Positions 63,306 through 64,000 of a stretch of DNA of 64,000 nt are shown piece by piece. The translations under genes and the position numbers were made by a program. The DNA comes from Mobula hypostoma (taxonomy: Eukaryota). The DNA is taken from assembly GCF_963921235.1 (NCBI RefSeq), contig NC_086097.1:26104001-26168000 (forward strand), written 5' to 3'. The notes under the pieces are model-generated. The model had not been told where the DNA came from, ran no database searches, and saw nothing but the letters and a program-made list of their open reading frames with translations. Each line of letters begins with the position of its first letter. Within the stretch, counting starts at the first letter, position 1.

Positions 63306-64000
63306 AAAACTTTACACTTAATTGTCGCCAAACAATTGATACTAGAACGTCCAATCATCACACCGATATTTGATTCTGCGCTTCCCGCTCCCTGGATTAC
63401 AAATATTAAATATTAAAAATAGTGAAAATTAGTAAATATTAAAATTTAAATTATAAATCGTAAATAGAAAAATGGAAAGTAAGGTAGTGCAAAAAAACCG
63501 AGAGGCAGGTCCGGATATTTGGAGGGTACGGCCCAGATCCAGGTCAGGATCCGTTCAGCAGTCTTATCACAGTTGGAAAGAAGCTGTTCCCAAATCTGGC
63601 CATACAAGTCTGCAAACTCCTGAGCCTTCTCCTGGAGGGAAGAGGGATGAAAAGTGTGTTGGCTGGGTGGGTCGTGTCCTTGATTATCCTGGCAGCACTG
63701 TTCCAATAGCGTGTGGTGTAAATTGAGTCCAAGGACAGAAGATTGGTTTGTGTGATGTGCTGTGCCGTTTTCACGATCTTCTGCAGCTTCTTCCGGTCTT
63801 GGACAGGAAAACTTCCATACCAGGTTGTGATGCACTCTAGAAGAATGCTTTCTACAGTGCATCTATAAAAATTAGCGAGGGTTTTAGGGGACAGGCCAAA
63901 CTTCTTTAGTTTTCTCAGGAAGTGAAGGCGCTGGTGGGCCTTCTTGGCAGTGAACTCTGCTTGGTTGGACCAAGTCAGGTCATTTGTGATATTGACCCCG
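63306..64000 (-). mobile_element. Rex1/Babar LINE 3' end (continues beyond the window)
   Basis: KAHQRLHFLRKLKKFGLSPKTLANFYRC...ARIIKDTTHPANTLFIPLPSRRRL...NSFFPTVIRLLN, followed by a 3' UTR. Confidence 0.88.

Overview
Eukaryotic, repeat-dense vertebrate DNA. The repeat set (CR1, Rex1/Babar, L1, Penelope with hammerheads, V-SINE remnants) suggests a cartilaginous fish, probably a ray; this is an inference. The only host gene I can support is the 5' part of stonin-2 (STON2) on the minus strand. Its first coding exon is at 38572-38662 (MLSGNVIATHRSAWVSFNDD), a likely next exon is at 16223-16372, and a CpG/CCAAT-rich candidate promoter and non-coding first exon lies at about 62324-62710. The rest is intron filled with transposable elements. 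These include a nested stack at 1-12.9 kb (L1, CR1, Gypsy, hAT, RTEX), a two-LTR Gmr1-like Gypsy element with a SCAN-type capsid and integrase-before-RT order, a nearly intact Tc1 transposase, Tigger-like and hAT non-autonomous elements, and many LINE fragments. The most interesting signals are: (i) minimal hammerhead ribozyme motifs in Penelope terminal repeats, one with a fully intact core in the sense strand of the presumed STON2 pre-mRNA; (ii) a tRNA/CORE-like SINE whose 3' end matches the RTEX LINE in the same window; (iii) a 40-codon uORF whose stop overlaps the STON2 start (TAATG); (iv) an internally deleted, two-ended Rex1/Babar LINE. All calls were made by eye, without database searches.
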